Source: Planctomycetota bacterium
Lineage (GTDB): Bacteria; Planctomycetota; UBA8108; SXIK01
Length of the DNA stretch: 64,000 nucleotides
NCBI GenBank assembly: GCA_965223265.1
Contig: OZ244999.1
Span: 8,032,001 to 8,096,000 of the forward strand
Direction of reading: 5' to 3'
Shown: piece by piece, positions 40,030 through 49,800 of the stretch
How the letters are laid out: each line of letters begins with the position of its first letter
How positions within the stretch are numbered: the stretch's first letter is position 1
Position numbers and translations under genes: made by a program
The notes under the pieces: generated by a model
The model's database searches: none
Seen by the model: only the letters and a program-made list of their open reading frames with translations
Told to the model about the DNA's origin: nothing

Positions 40030-41190
40030 TCAGTTGCCGTCGGCGTTTCCTTGTGGTGGCGTTTTCTTCGTGCCGTCCGCGTCCAGCGCTTCGAGGACCT
40101 CAAGAATCTTCTCGGCGCTGGGGCGATCGCTGTACTTTTTTCCCCGGTGGGCGAAGCGAAGTACGCCTTCGGCGTCGATGACAAACGTCGCTGGTCGGTT
40201 GGACCACTCCGTGTGGATCTGCATCTGGAAGGCGACACCGTACGTGGCGCTGACGAGATGGGCGGGGTCAGCCAGGACCGGAACCTTGAGGTCTTCCGGT
40301 TTGTCGGCGGATTCTTTGAGCATATGCTTCACACGATATTTTTCGTGTGGATCGACGATCAGAATCTGCGCGGCGGCGGCGAGGCCAGCATTCTTGGCGG
40401 CGCACAACTGTGCGATCTGCTTGTGGCAGACCGGTCATGTATCGCCGTAGACAAAGATCAGCACGACCGGTCGGCCGCGAAAGCTGCTGAGGCGGTACGA
40501 TCCGCCAAGCGCGCCCTCGAGCGTGAAGTCGGGCGCAGCCGCGCCAACGCGTGCGGTATCGAGCCGCGTGAGATCGAACGCCGCCAAGTCGCGCCGGATT
40601 TTGGTGTTCATGGCTTTCCCGCGCCGTTCGATGGCGAACGTGACGTGCTTGCGCACGTCCTTGTTAGCGTCGGTCGCCTTCACGGCAGTCAGGCGACCGC
40701 TCTGCTTGAGGTTGCCGAATTTGCCGAGAGCGTCGACGGCGTAGAGTCGCGCTGCCGCCACGGGTTCTGCAGCGAGTAACTCCTCGATCACGCCACGATC
40801 GCGCTCATCGCCGAGGAAGCTCAGGGCCTGGGCGGCAAAGACGCGTACCTCGGCATCCGAATCTTTGAGTGCCGCCGCGAGTGGCGCGCGGGCGTTGTCG
40901 CCGGCACGCGCCAGCTGTCGAAGGGCGGTGACGCGGACCTTCCAGCCGTCGTCGTCCCCGTCTCGCATGTGATTCTTCGTTGCGGCCCAGCCTTGACGGA
41001 AGTCGTTGAGAGCTCGGTCGGCGTCCGGCGTCTCCTGCGACTTCGCGTCTCCAGGTGCGGCGCCCTTGGGATCCGTCGCGAACCCGAGCTGCGAGTTGAC
41101 TGCGACGAACACGCACGCCAGCGCGCCGGAGAAGACGAGCGCTGCGAGGGGTCGGGTGCGCACGAGCCGCGAGTGCTGAGGCCTGATCAT
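40030..41190 (-). CDS. Secreted HEAT-repeat + AhpC/TSA-like redoxin fusion, probable selenoprotein (UxxC, Sec252 from TGA 40435-40437)
   Basis: APDFTL...LSSFRGRPVVLIFVYGDT-TGA-PVCHKQ continues in frame into ORF 40030-40407 (VLADP...RPATFVIDAEGVLRF), completing a thioredoxin fold; AAGGAG RBS. Confidence 0.88.
40401..40432 (-). promoter_or_regulatory. Putative bacterial SECIS hairpin(s) (redoxin)
   Basis: After the UGA: GGTCTGC[CACAA]GCAGATC, then CGCAC[AGTT]GTGCG with loop GU at +27. Confidence 0.55.
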
Positions 41191-41395
41191 GTCTGACTCC
41201 TTGAGATTGTTTTCTCACCGCTGGGTAACAAGAACAACGGAGAAATCACCGCGATCGGTTCCCGGGACGCGCCGCACGTCAAGCGGGCGGGCGGCGACGG
41301 CCGTTTTCAAGCCTCTTGTTCCTGGCCCCGAAGAGAGCCATCTGGGAAAATGCTCGTTGAGGAAGACGCTGACCCACTGGAGAGGTGCTCAGACT

Positions 41396-42553
41396 ATGAA
41401 GCTGCGTTTGACGGGTCGGCCCGCTGGCCGCTGCGCGGCAGCGGTCGCACTCGTCGCCTGCGTTCACCTGCGCGTCGCTGCTGCGCCTGACGCCTCCCCG
41501 CCCCTGCCGCCGGCGGAGACTGGAAATCTCTACGTCTCCAGCTTCTTGACGGGCGAAGTGTTCGTTTATGGTCCTGACGGCGCTTTTCTCGATCGTTTTT
41601 CGCACGCGGATCTTGGCGGCACGCGGGGACTCGCGTTTCGCTCGGCCGACGAGCTCTACGTCGGCTCGCAGTTCACGAACCGCATTCTCGTTTTCCGTCC
41701 TGACGGCACGTACGTGCGTCAGTTCTCCGGCGGCGGCTTGGCCGCACCGACGAGCTTGGCGTTCCGTGGCGATGAGCTCTATGCGTCGTCGAGCCGCACG
41801 AACGAGATCATCGTTTTCGTCGACGACGCGTTCACCCGCAGTTTCACGGCGCCCGGGCTCTTTGAGCCGAACTGTATTGCCGTTGACGCCGATGGTAACC
41901 TTTACGTCGCCAGCGGCGGATCGAACGAAGTCCTCCACTTCAAGAGCGACGGCGAGCTTCTGAACCGCTTCAGAGGCGGCGGTCTGACCAGCCCCATGGG
42001 GATCGCGCTCCACGGCGATCGTGTCTACGTCACTGGTGGCGGCAGTAGCACCGTGGCGCTTTTTTCGCTCGACGGCACGTTTTTGCGCAACATTGACACG
42101 CGGGAGACGATTCCCTCGCCGCAGGGGATCGCGTTCAACCGCCGCGATCAATTCGTCATTTCGTCTTTTTCAAATCATCGGGTCGCCCTCTTCAGCGACG
42201 AAGGCGACATGTTGGGCGTGCGTTTCGAGGAGCGCGGCGTCGACGTGGCGCGAAGCATCGCCTATCACCCGGTAGCGGTCGAGGTGATTGACTTTTGGCG
42301 CGGCGATTTCAACTTCGATGGGGGCCGGGACATCAGCGACGCCATTGCGATCTTGAACTATCTCTTTGTCGGCAACTTCGCTAGCCGTTGTCCCGACGCG
42401 GGGGACACCAACGACGATGGCGCGGTCGACATCTCCGACGCCTCGTACCTGCTCTTGTTCCTGTTTATCGACGGCGCCGCACCGCCATCTCCGGCCGCCG
42501 ACCCCGGTCCTGACCCGACCGCCGACGAACTCTCCTGCTTCGCCGCGCCGTAG
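41396..42553 (+). CDS. NHL-repeat beta-propeller protein with C-terminal dockerin-like module
   Basis: Repeats such as PNCIAVDADGNLYV and PMGIALHGDRVYV; C-terminal RGDFNFDGGRDISDAIAILNYLF...DTNDDGAVDISD. Confidence 0.87.
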   Translation: MKLRLTGRPAGRCAAAVALVACVHLRVAAAPDASPPLPPAETGNLYVSSFLTGEVFVYGPDGAFLDRFSHADLGGTRGLAFRSADELYVGSQFTNRILVFRPDGTYVRQFSGGGLAAPTSLAFRGDELYASSSRTNEIIVFVDDAFTRSFTAPGLFEPNCIAVDADGNLYVASGGSNEVLHFKSDGELLNRFRGGGLTSPMGIALHGDRVYVTGGGSSTVALFSLDGTFLRNIDTRETIPSPQGIAFNRRDQFVISSFSNHRVALFSDEGDMLGVRFEERGVDVARSIAYHPVAVEVIDFWRGDFNFDGGRDISDAIAILNYLFVGNFASRCPDAGDTNDDGAVDISDASYLLLFLFIDGAAPPSPAADPGPDPTADELSCFAAP

Positions 42554-42583
42554 GCGCGAACAGAAACGGTCGTGACCGTTTCT

Positions 42584-42901
42584 GTCTCCGTCCACCGTCT
42601 CCGTCCACCGTCTCCGTCCACCGTCTCCGTCCACCGTCTCCGTCCACCGTCTCCGTCCACCGTCTCCGTCCACCGTCTCCGTCCACCGTCTCCGTCCACC
42701 GTCTCCGTCCACCGTCTCCGTCCACCGTCTCCGTCCACCGTCTCCGTCCACCGTCTCCGTCCACCGTCTCCGTCCACCGTCTCCGTCCACCGTCTCCGTC
42801 CACCGTCTCCGTCCACCGTCTCCGTCCACCGTCTCCACCGTCTCCGTCCACCGTCTCCGTCCACCGTCTCCGTCCACCGTCTCCGTCCACCGTCTCCGTC
42901 C
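42584..42901. repeat. Tandem repeat (minisatellite) of 13-bp unit GTCTCCGTCCACC
   Basis: 19 perfect units, one 9-bp deleted unit (42831-42839), 4 more units and a partial unit; intergenic. Confidence 0.97.
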
Positions 42902-43221
42902 CAACCAGCTCCGACCGCTGTTGGAACACCGTTTGCTCCTCTCTCCGCCCCAGGCGCTCTGCAGTCGACATCACAGGTTCTTGTGAGGGCTCCTCGTTGA
43001 CGTTGCCCCGGGCGCGACCGCCGATTCGCCGCTGTCGATCTCTGCAAGTGACTGTGAAAACCCGTGATGCGTCCATCGTCGAGCTGCAGAATAGGAGAGT
43101 CTGCTGCCCGCGTCCGAAATCCTGACAATCGACATCGAGCCTCAGCCTTTCTCGCCCGGGGCCTCGGGCGTCCTGCGCGTTCTCTGTGCCGGCCGAGCTT
43201 TGACAAAACCCCCCGACTTCC

Positions 43222-45696
43222 GTGAACCGCGAATTCGACCCCAAAACAGATCCTCTCGACACGACTCGCGCCGAGGCGACGCGCCTTGAAGTGGATGGGC
43301 TGCCGAAGCTCGTCTTTCGCTCCGGTCGGCTGCGGGGCAAGGTGGTCGCGATTGATCCCGGCAAGAAAGAGGTGACGATCGGCCGCAGCCCACGCAACGA
43401 CATCGCCATTGACGACGACACCATCTCCAGTGTTCACACCAAGGTCGCGCAGGCTGACGACGGACGCTACTACGTCGAGGATCTTGGCTCGAAGAACGGC
43501 ACGTTCGTGCGCGGCGAGCGCGTCGAACGTTTGGCTTTGAACGATGGCGACGTCTTCTGTGTTTGCAAACACGGGCCAGAGATTCAGCTCACCCTCGGCC
43601 GACCGAAATTGCCATCCGTGCTCGAGTGCACTGCGTCGACGTTTGTGCGCACGAAGTCGCTCGAGTCAGCGCTGCGGGAGATTGTTCCCCGGCGCCTGTC
43701 CAAACCGCCACTCGAGCTCACGGGCGTGCGCCAGCTCGTAGAGTATGGTCTTGAGGCGGGAACCCGCCGCGAACGGCGCCTTCTCCTCGGGCTCGTCGGT
43801 GCCGTCGCGCTGGTCGCTATTGTGGTGCTTGGGTGGGGGCTCCACTTGGCGCTCGATCGCCACCACGACGACCACGCGTATCACGAGCATCACCAGGCGC
43901 ATCACGACGCGCATGCGCCGCATGACGTGCACCACGAGGGCGGCGATGTCGGCGCAGCACATTCGAGTGGCCACCTGTCCGGCGCGGTTCAATCAACAGG
44001 TTCTGCCGTGCAACTCCCCTCGCCGTCTCAGCCGGCGCCGACTGTTGGGGTCGAGGTCGCCCTGGAGCCCGTCTTCGGCAGTCTTTTCTTCACGTATCGA
44101 AATTCCGACGCCCGCATCGGCAAGATCCGCGTCACGCGTCGCAGCGACGTGCCGCTCCGCGCCGGGCGCGTCCGATTGGAGTTTGCTGGCGACGCGGCGT
44201 CGCTTCTTTCGGAGCCCTTTATCAAAGACCTCCCGCCGCTCGAGAGTGGCGCGCCGTTTGACATCGAGGTGATGCCGAAGTTCTCCGCAGCGATCCTTGC
44301 CGACGTCAATCAAGAGGTGACCGCTGTCGTCTCCGTCGAGGATGAGGGGCGCGAGATTGCGCGCACCGAGCGCGCCCTTCTCGTTTACCGTCGCGACGTG
44401 TTCAACTGGCGCGACCCCCGTCGCATTGCGGTCTTCGTCGACCCTGACGACCCAGCGGTCCGTCGCCTCATGCGCCGCGTCTGGCAGCTCCGCCCCTTGG
44501 CGCAGCGACAAGAGTTTCCGCCTCCCAACCTGGTCACCGCGTTGACTTTGCTCAGTGCCCTGCCGGATCTGGGCTTGACCTACCTGCGCGACGCTGAGAA
44601 CCCGATCGGCATTGCCATGGATACCGCTGCCAACGACCGCGTCAACGTGCCGCTGGCAACGCTTCTCGCAGGCTACGGCGACTGCGACGATCTTTCGGTC
44701 CTGGGTTGTTCGCTTCTCGAGGCCGCACGCATTCCAACCGCCTTCGCCGTCGGCCGCGGTCACGTCCTCTTTCTCTTCGACAGTGGCGTGCAGGCAGCAG
44801 ATCTTGCGAACACCGCGTTCGATGCGGACACGGTCGTCACGCATGGCGGGCGCGTCTGGGTGCCGATCGAAGCCACCGATCTGGCGCGACCCGGCGCGCA
44901 GTTCGCCACGGCGTGGGCCGCCGCCTCACGTTGGCTGCAGCCGATCGCTGCCGGAGAGATGGAGATCATTGAGGTGCGCGAGGCGTGGAAGCGCTACGTG
45001 CCGATGAACCGCTCGGCCACGGAAGAAGAGCTCCTTGAGCTGCGGGGCGTGCTGGCGAGGACGGACTCCGGAGCGCTGGCGACAAAGATCGATCGGTCGC
45101 TCGCACGGCTGAAGGATCTCTTTGCGAGCAACCTCGCCGTTCGCGTCGAGGAGATCAAGCGCGACGAGTCGAATCCATACGTGCGGGATCACGCCGTTGC
45201 CGTTCTTTACGCGGAGAGTGGACTCTTCGAGGAGGCTCAGCGGACGCTCTCTCGCGCGCTCTTCGAGACGGAGGAGCCGCCTTCGTCGAGTCGCGCCCGC
45301 GACCTTCTCAGCGCCCGGGCAGAGAAGATCGATCCGCCGGACGCCGTACCCGTGCTGCTCGGCAACTTGGCGATGAGCTTGACCCTGCTGGCGCACCGCG
45401 AAGACGGGCTGGATCGGGCCGCGAACTACTCGCAGCTCGCTCTCGAGCACTTGCCTCCCGAGGCGATCGCGGAGCGCGGCGAAATGATGCTGCGTCTGGC
45501 CCTCACGTACCGGCTCCGCGGTGATCTTTCACAGGAGCGGTCGTGGCTGAGCCGGGCGCACGACTTGGATGCGTCGCTCGAAGAGGTTTATGTCGAACTG
45601 ACGCAGCCGGATGGCACGGTGAGCGGACCAGAGGAAAGAGTTCGCGAGTTCCTGCGGGGCGCGGTGTGGAAAGACGTCCGCCTGCCGTCGAAGTGA
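43222..45696 (+). CDS. FHA domain / TM / His-rich linker / transglutaminase-like / TPR-like protein
   Basis: FHA (IGRSPRNDI...ISSVH...DLGSKNGTFV), TM helix, His-rich tract, GDCDD...GHV...PIEAT triad-like motifs, helical C-terminus. Confidence 0.82.
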   Translation: MNREFDPKTDPLDTTRAEATRLEVDGLPKLVFRSGRLRGKVVAIDPGKKEVTIGRSPRNDIAIDDDTISSVHTKVAQADDGRYYVEDLGSKNGTFVRGERVERLALNDGDVFCVCKHGPEIQLTLGRPKLPSVLECTASTFVRTKSLESALREIVPRRLSKPPLELTGVRQLVEYGLEAGTRRERRLLLGLVGAVALVAIVVLGWGLHLALDRHHDDHAYHEHHQAHHDAHAPHDVHHEGGDVGAAHSSGHLSGAVQSTGSAVQLPSPSQPAPTVGVEVALEPVFGSLFFTYRNSDARIGKIRVTRRSDVPLRAGRVRLEFAGDAASLLSEPFIKDLPPLESGAPFDIEVMPKFSAAILADVNQEVTAVVSVEDEGREIARTERALLVYRRDVFNWRDPRRIAVFVDPDDPAVRRLMRRVWQLRPLAQRQEFPPPNLVTALTLLSALPDLGLTYLRDAENPIGIAMDTAANDRVNVPLATLLAGYGDCDDLSVLGCSLLEAARIPTAFAVGRGHVLFLFDSGVQAADLANTAFDADTVVTHGGRVWVPIEATDLARPGAQFATAWAAASRWLQPIAAGEMEIIEVREAWKRYVPMNRSATEEELLELRGVLARTDSGALATKIDRSLARLKDLFASNLAVRVEEIKRDESNPYVRDHAVAVLYAESGLFEEAQRTLSRALFETEEPPSSSRARDLLSARAEKIDPPDAVPVLLGNLAMSLTLLAHREDGLDRAANYSQLALEHLPPEAIAERGEMMLRLALTYRLRGDLSQERSWLSRAHDLDASLEEVYVELTQPDGTVSGPEERVREFLRGAVWKDVRLPSK

Positions 45697-45712
45697 CGTG
45701 TCGGACGTGCGG

Positions 45713-46414
45713 TCAGCGCGTCTCGACTGTAGACGGCGGTGGTGAAGCCAGTTGCGTTTCAGTCCGCGGACGACGCAGAAGTCCTAGGGTCGTGCGTACG
45801 AGCCGCGGTACCCACGTGGCCTCCAGCGCATCGCTCAGCGTCCGTACGGCGACCTGAAGTCGTTGCCGCTCGATCGCTTTGCGAGCGGCCGTCTCGGCGG
45901 CGAGGGACGTGCGGAGGTGGCGCGTCTCCTCGAGGGCGCCGCTGAGCTCTTCTAGCGTGCGGTCCGCCAGCGCCGACAGCCTCTGGCTCTCTCGCGCCTT
46001 GTCAGCCAAACGCGTTTCGGCAGCTTCGCGCTCTAGCGTCATTGCGTCCAAGGCGAGCTCGAGATTCGCGATGTTGTCGCGCTGCGTCGCGAGTTCTTTC
46101 TCCCACGCGCTTTCACGTCGGGCGTAGAGAACCGCGACCGCGGCGATCGTCACGGCGACCGCAGTGGCCACGGCTAGCTTTTTTCCCCAGCGTCTTGGTA
46201 GCCAGTGCGGGCCGCGCTCCGCCAGCAGCAGCTGACGTTCGAGCATCATCCCTGCTTCGCCATCGAGCGCGGCGGAGCGACTACGCTGGACTTCGCTCAT
46301 CGGTGAGAGGTCGTCATATTCCGGTACGGTCTCGACGGCGGGTCCAAAGAGTCGTTCGTAGTTCGACGCGCTTTCGTGAGGGTCGAAACGTTCGCTCGAA
46401 GGCTTCGCTTTCAT
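45713..46414 (-). CDS. Hypothetical single-TM coiled-coil protein
   Basis: TM LAVATAVAVTIAAVAVLYA followed by a heptad-rich segment. Confidence 0.7.
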   Translation of the reverse strand: MKAKPSSERFDPHESASNYERLFGPAVETVPEYDDLSPMSEVQRSRSAALDGEAGMMLERQLLLAERGPHWLPRRWGKKLAVATAVAVTIAAVAVLYARRESAWEKELATQRDNIANLELALDAMTLEREAAETRLADKARESQRLSALADRTLEELSGALEETRHLRTSLAAETAARKAIERQRLQVAVRTLSDALEATWVPRLVRTTLGLLRRPRTETQLASPPPSTVETR

Positions 46415-46802
46415 GGAACTTGTCCTCTGGTCTTGCCGTGGCACACAGCCAGGAGTCGGGCACCCTGATGATTTATCGGTCACTCAGACGACGACCTTGA
46501 GCGCATTTTCGGAAATTCGCTGATCGGGTCCACTGCCATCACAGGGCCCGAGTTCTGAGCCGTAACGAGTTCATACGCTTCGCTTCCACCGCGTCAGACA
46601 TCTGCGCCGCCCGCGTCACCTCTGGCCGTAGCTTTTTAGGTCGTTCGCCGTCAAGCGTCGGTTCGACGCCCCCTATCGCACATCGTATTTTTCTTCGATG
46701 GGTGCGTCCTAACGCGCGACTCACGAGTCATTCGGCCGAGATCGGCTCGAAGCACTCATTCACCTATGCGATAGCCCTCGAACTGCCCGGAGGATTTCTT
46801 CT

Positions 46803-49800
46803 GTGAGCGAACGAACCCGAACTCGGAGCAGGTGGGTGGTTCTGCCGCTCGCCATTGTTGCGATCGGCGCGACCTTTGTCGCCCGCGTCGCCGTTGGAGA
46901 CGAGCGCGAGCCGCTGGCTGGCGAGGGGGTCGCACCCGCGGACGGCAGCAGCAGCGCCGACGAGCCCGCGACGAGTGCAACGTCTCCCGACGCCGTTGAC
47001 GCCGTGCTGAAGGAGGTCGGCAAAGAGCTGGACACGAGCTTTCTGCAGGTCCGCGGGCTGCTGGAGTCCGAACACGACGCGCTCATGGAGCAGACGGCCG
47101 AGGCGAGCACCCCGGCTTTCCTTGGCGCCGTCGAGGCCCTTGCCGGAGCTGGAGCGGATGATCGCACCGCAGCTTCGCGCCTAAGTGCCGAGCTCGACGC
47201 GGCGAGGGACGCCGTCGGCATCGAGCGTCTCTTTTTCGTGACGCAATCGGACCAGATCTTCTCGGCGCCCGAATTGCCCGCCGACGAGCTGACGAAGTCG
47301 TCGCTGGTGAGCGCGCTTACGTCCTCCGCCGCCGCCGCTTTCGGCACGCCGCACCGCAACCAGACGGCCGCGGTTCTCGCACTGCCCTACCCCGACGAGT
47401 TCACCAGCCCACAGGCTTCTCCCCGGCTCTTTCTGGTCGCGGCAAAGGCTGTTTTCGCCCGGCCCGACGCTCCGTACGGCGTACTGCTGGGAGTCACGTC
47501 ATTTTCGGCGCTGCGTGCGAAAGCCGACAGCATCTTCGTCTCCAGCGCCGCGAGTCTGGACTGGAACGTCGTCTGCCTGACTGGCGTTGAGGCCCCATAC
47601 TTTGCGCTCGGGCCGCACTCCGGTGAGCTCGTCCCCAAGCCGATTCTCGCAGCGATCGAGAGCGAGGCCTTGAGCGCCGTCGTCGGTACTCAGGACGGTC
47701 AACCGTTCGCCTACCGCTGGGGCGCGGTCAAGGACACCAGTGGCGAGACCGTTGGGGCTTGGGGTGTCGCGGCCAATCAGCGTTTTCTGAAAGCACTCAT
47801 CGAGAGTGGTGTCGACTTGAGATCACACAGTGAGAGCGCCAATGGCGTGAAGCCCCGACGCGCGAAGCCCGGAGCGGCGCTGATCCTCGCCGCCGCGGCG
47901 GGATTTATCGTCGTTCTCTTCGGGCTCGTCTTTTGGCTGCTGCGTCGCCGCCAGTCTGTCCCAGACGGCTTTGAGGAAGACTTCGAGGGCGACGATGACG
48001 ACTATGAGCCTGAGGAGCACGAATCAGTGCCGCCGCCGGCGCCGAAAGCCGCCAACGGTGACCTGATGACTCAGTTCGAGCTCAACTGGAAGACTTTCGC
48101 CAGCTACACCCAGGATCTTCTGCGCCAGTCGCTCAAGGAGATCGAGGAGGCACCGGAGCGCGACCTCAACGCTGTCAAGAGCGGCGTCGAGAGCACAGAG
48201 GCTGCGGTCGCCAAGATTGCCGAGGAGCTCAAGGCAGTACGTTCCGAGATCGGCAACCCCACGAACGGTAAAGACGAGATGATTGCCCAGGCGCTCGTCG
48301 AACTGAAGAATCAGTTTTCGATCGTGCGGGACGAGTCGCGCAATTCGCTCAATGGCGTCGTCCGTAAGATCACGGCCGCGATGAACGAAAAGCTGGGCAA
48401 GGGCGGTGGCGTGCGCGACGTCGTCGTCGAGGCGGTGCGGTCGCAGACAACGGAGAGTCAGCGACTTCTCGAAGTGCTCAACGACACCGTCGTCGGTCTC
48501 ACCGAGATGATGGGCGACCGTCAGGAACAGGAAACGCAGCGTCGTCTCGACGAAACGGTCAGCAACGTTACGGCGCAGTGGAAAGAGCACGTCATCCAGT
48601 ATCAGGAACAGATCCAGGAGCTCACCGAGAAGTGTGAGCAAGCGCAGCAAGAGGTGGAGGACTCGAAAGATCTCGAGCGCGATCTGCGCGCGGAGGTTGA
48701 GGAGTCCTTGAGTCGAGAGGCGCAGATGGAGCGTCGTCTTGAGGAGTGGGACGCCTCGAGCGGAGAGCGCGACACGACGATCGAGCGGCAGCGCCGCGAG
48801 CTCGAGGCGCTCGAGGCGCAGGAGTCCGCCGCGCGGGCAGAAGTCGACACCTTGGAGCACAAGGTCCAAGAGCTTCAATCGTCCCTCACCCGCCTCAGCG
48901 AGCGCGAAGAGAGCGACAAGACGGAGCTCGCGGAGCTGCATCAGTCTGCCGCCGCCGCGTCCGCTCGCGTCGAGGCGCTGACCACAGAATACGAAGAGCT
49001 TGAGGCACGCCACGACGAACTGCAGCAGGCGGCTGACAAGCAGAAGCGATCGCAGCAGCGCCATGTTGCCGAGCTTGAGGAGACGGTTGAAGAGCTGCGC
49101 CGCATCGTCGGTGAGGACCTTGGGGAACCCGAGAGGCTTCGCGAGCAGAGCCGAGCGCAGAAAAAGGAGATCGACGCGCTGAAGAAGGCGTTCGACGCCG
49201 TCAAGCAAGAGAACGACCATCTTCTCGAAGAGAATGCACGGCTCGCCGAGAGCGGCGAGGAACAGGCGCGCATCGGTCAGGAGAAACTTCACGAACAACT
49301 CGAGACGGAGCGCACCTTGGTCGTCGAGCTGCGTAAAGAGATCGCAGAGAAGGACGTCGAGGTGAGTCGCCGGGATGTCGAGATCGAGCAGCTGAAGAAG
49401 GGTCTGGAGGAATCAGCTGCTGCGAGCGGCGCTGCCGACATCGACCGACTGCGAACGTCACTGCTCGAGACCGGCAAAGAGCTGCGCTCCAGCCTTCAGG
49501 AGCGGCTACGACTCAACGCTACGATCACGGAGAAGGAAGCGGACTGGCAGACGCGCCTCAACGACCTGGAACTGCAGTTGGCTGAGAGCGAGAGGCAGCG
49601 ACGCGAGGCGACGAAGAAGCTCGAAGCCAGCCAGCGTGCAGTGGAGGAGCTCGAGGAGCAGCTTGAGTCGACGCAGCAGACTGTCCGGCCCGACGGCGGC
49701 ACATTGGAGCGGCTGCAGAATCTCAAACGCGAGAAAGAGCTTCTCGTGCGGTCGATGGATCAGCTGCGCGGCGAACTCGAGAAGGCACAGCAGGAAGCTG

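Noticed and set aside
42170-43572. ORFs with WTETVDGDGGRRR or SVHRLRPPSPST repeats
   Set aside because: Produced by the stop-free 13-bp tandem repeat; no RBS or domain support.
10482-49298. Long antisense ORFs (e.g. 10482-11492, 12300-13718, 37539-38585, 48024-49298)
   Set aside because: Shadow frames opposite well-supported genes, as expected in high-GC DNA.
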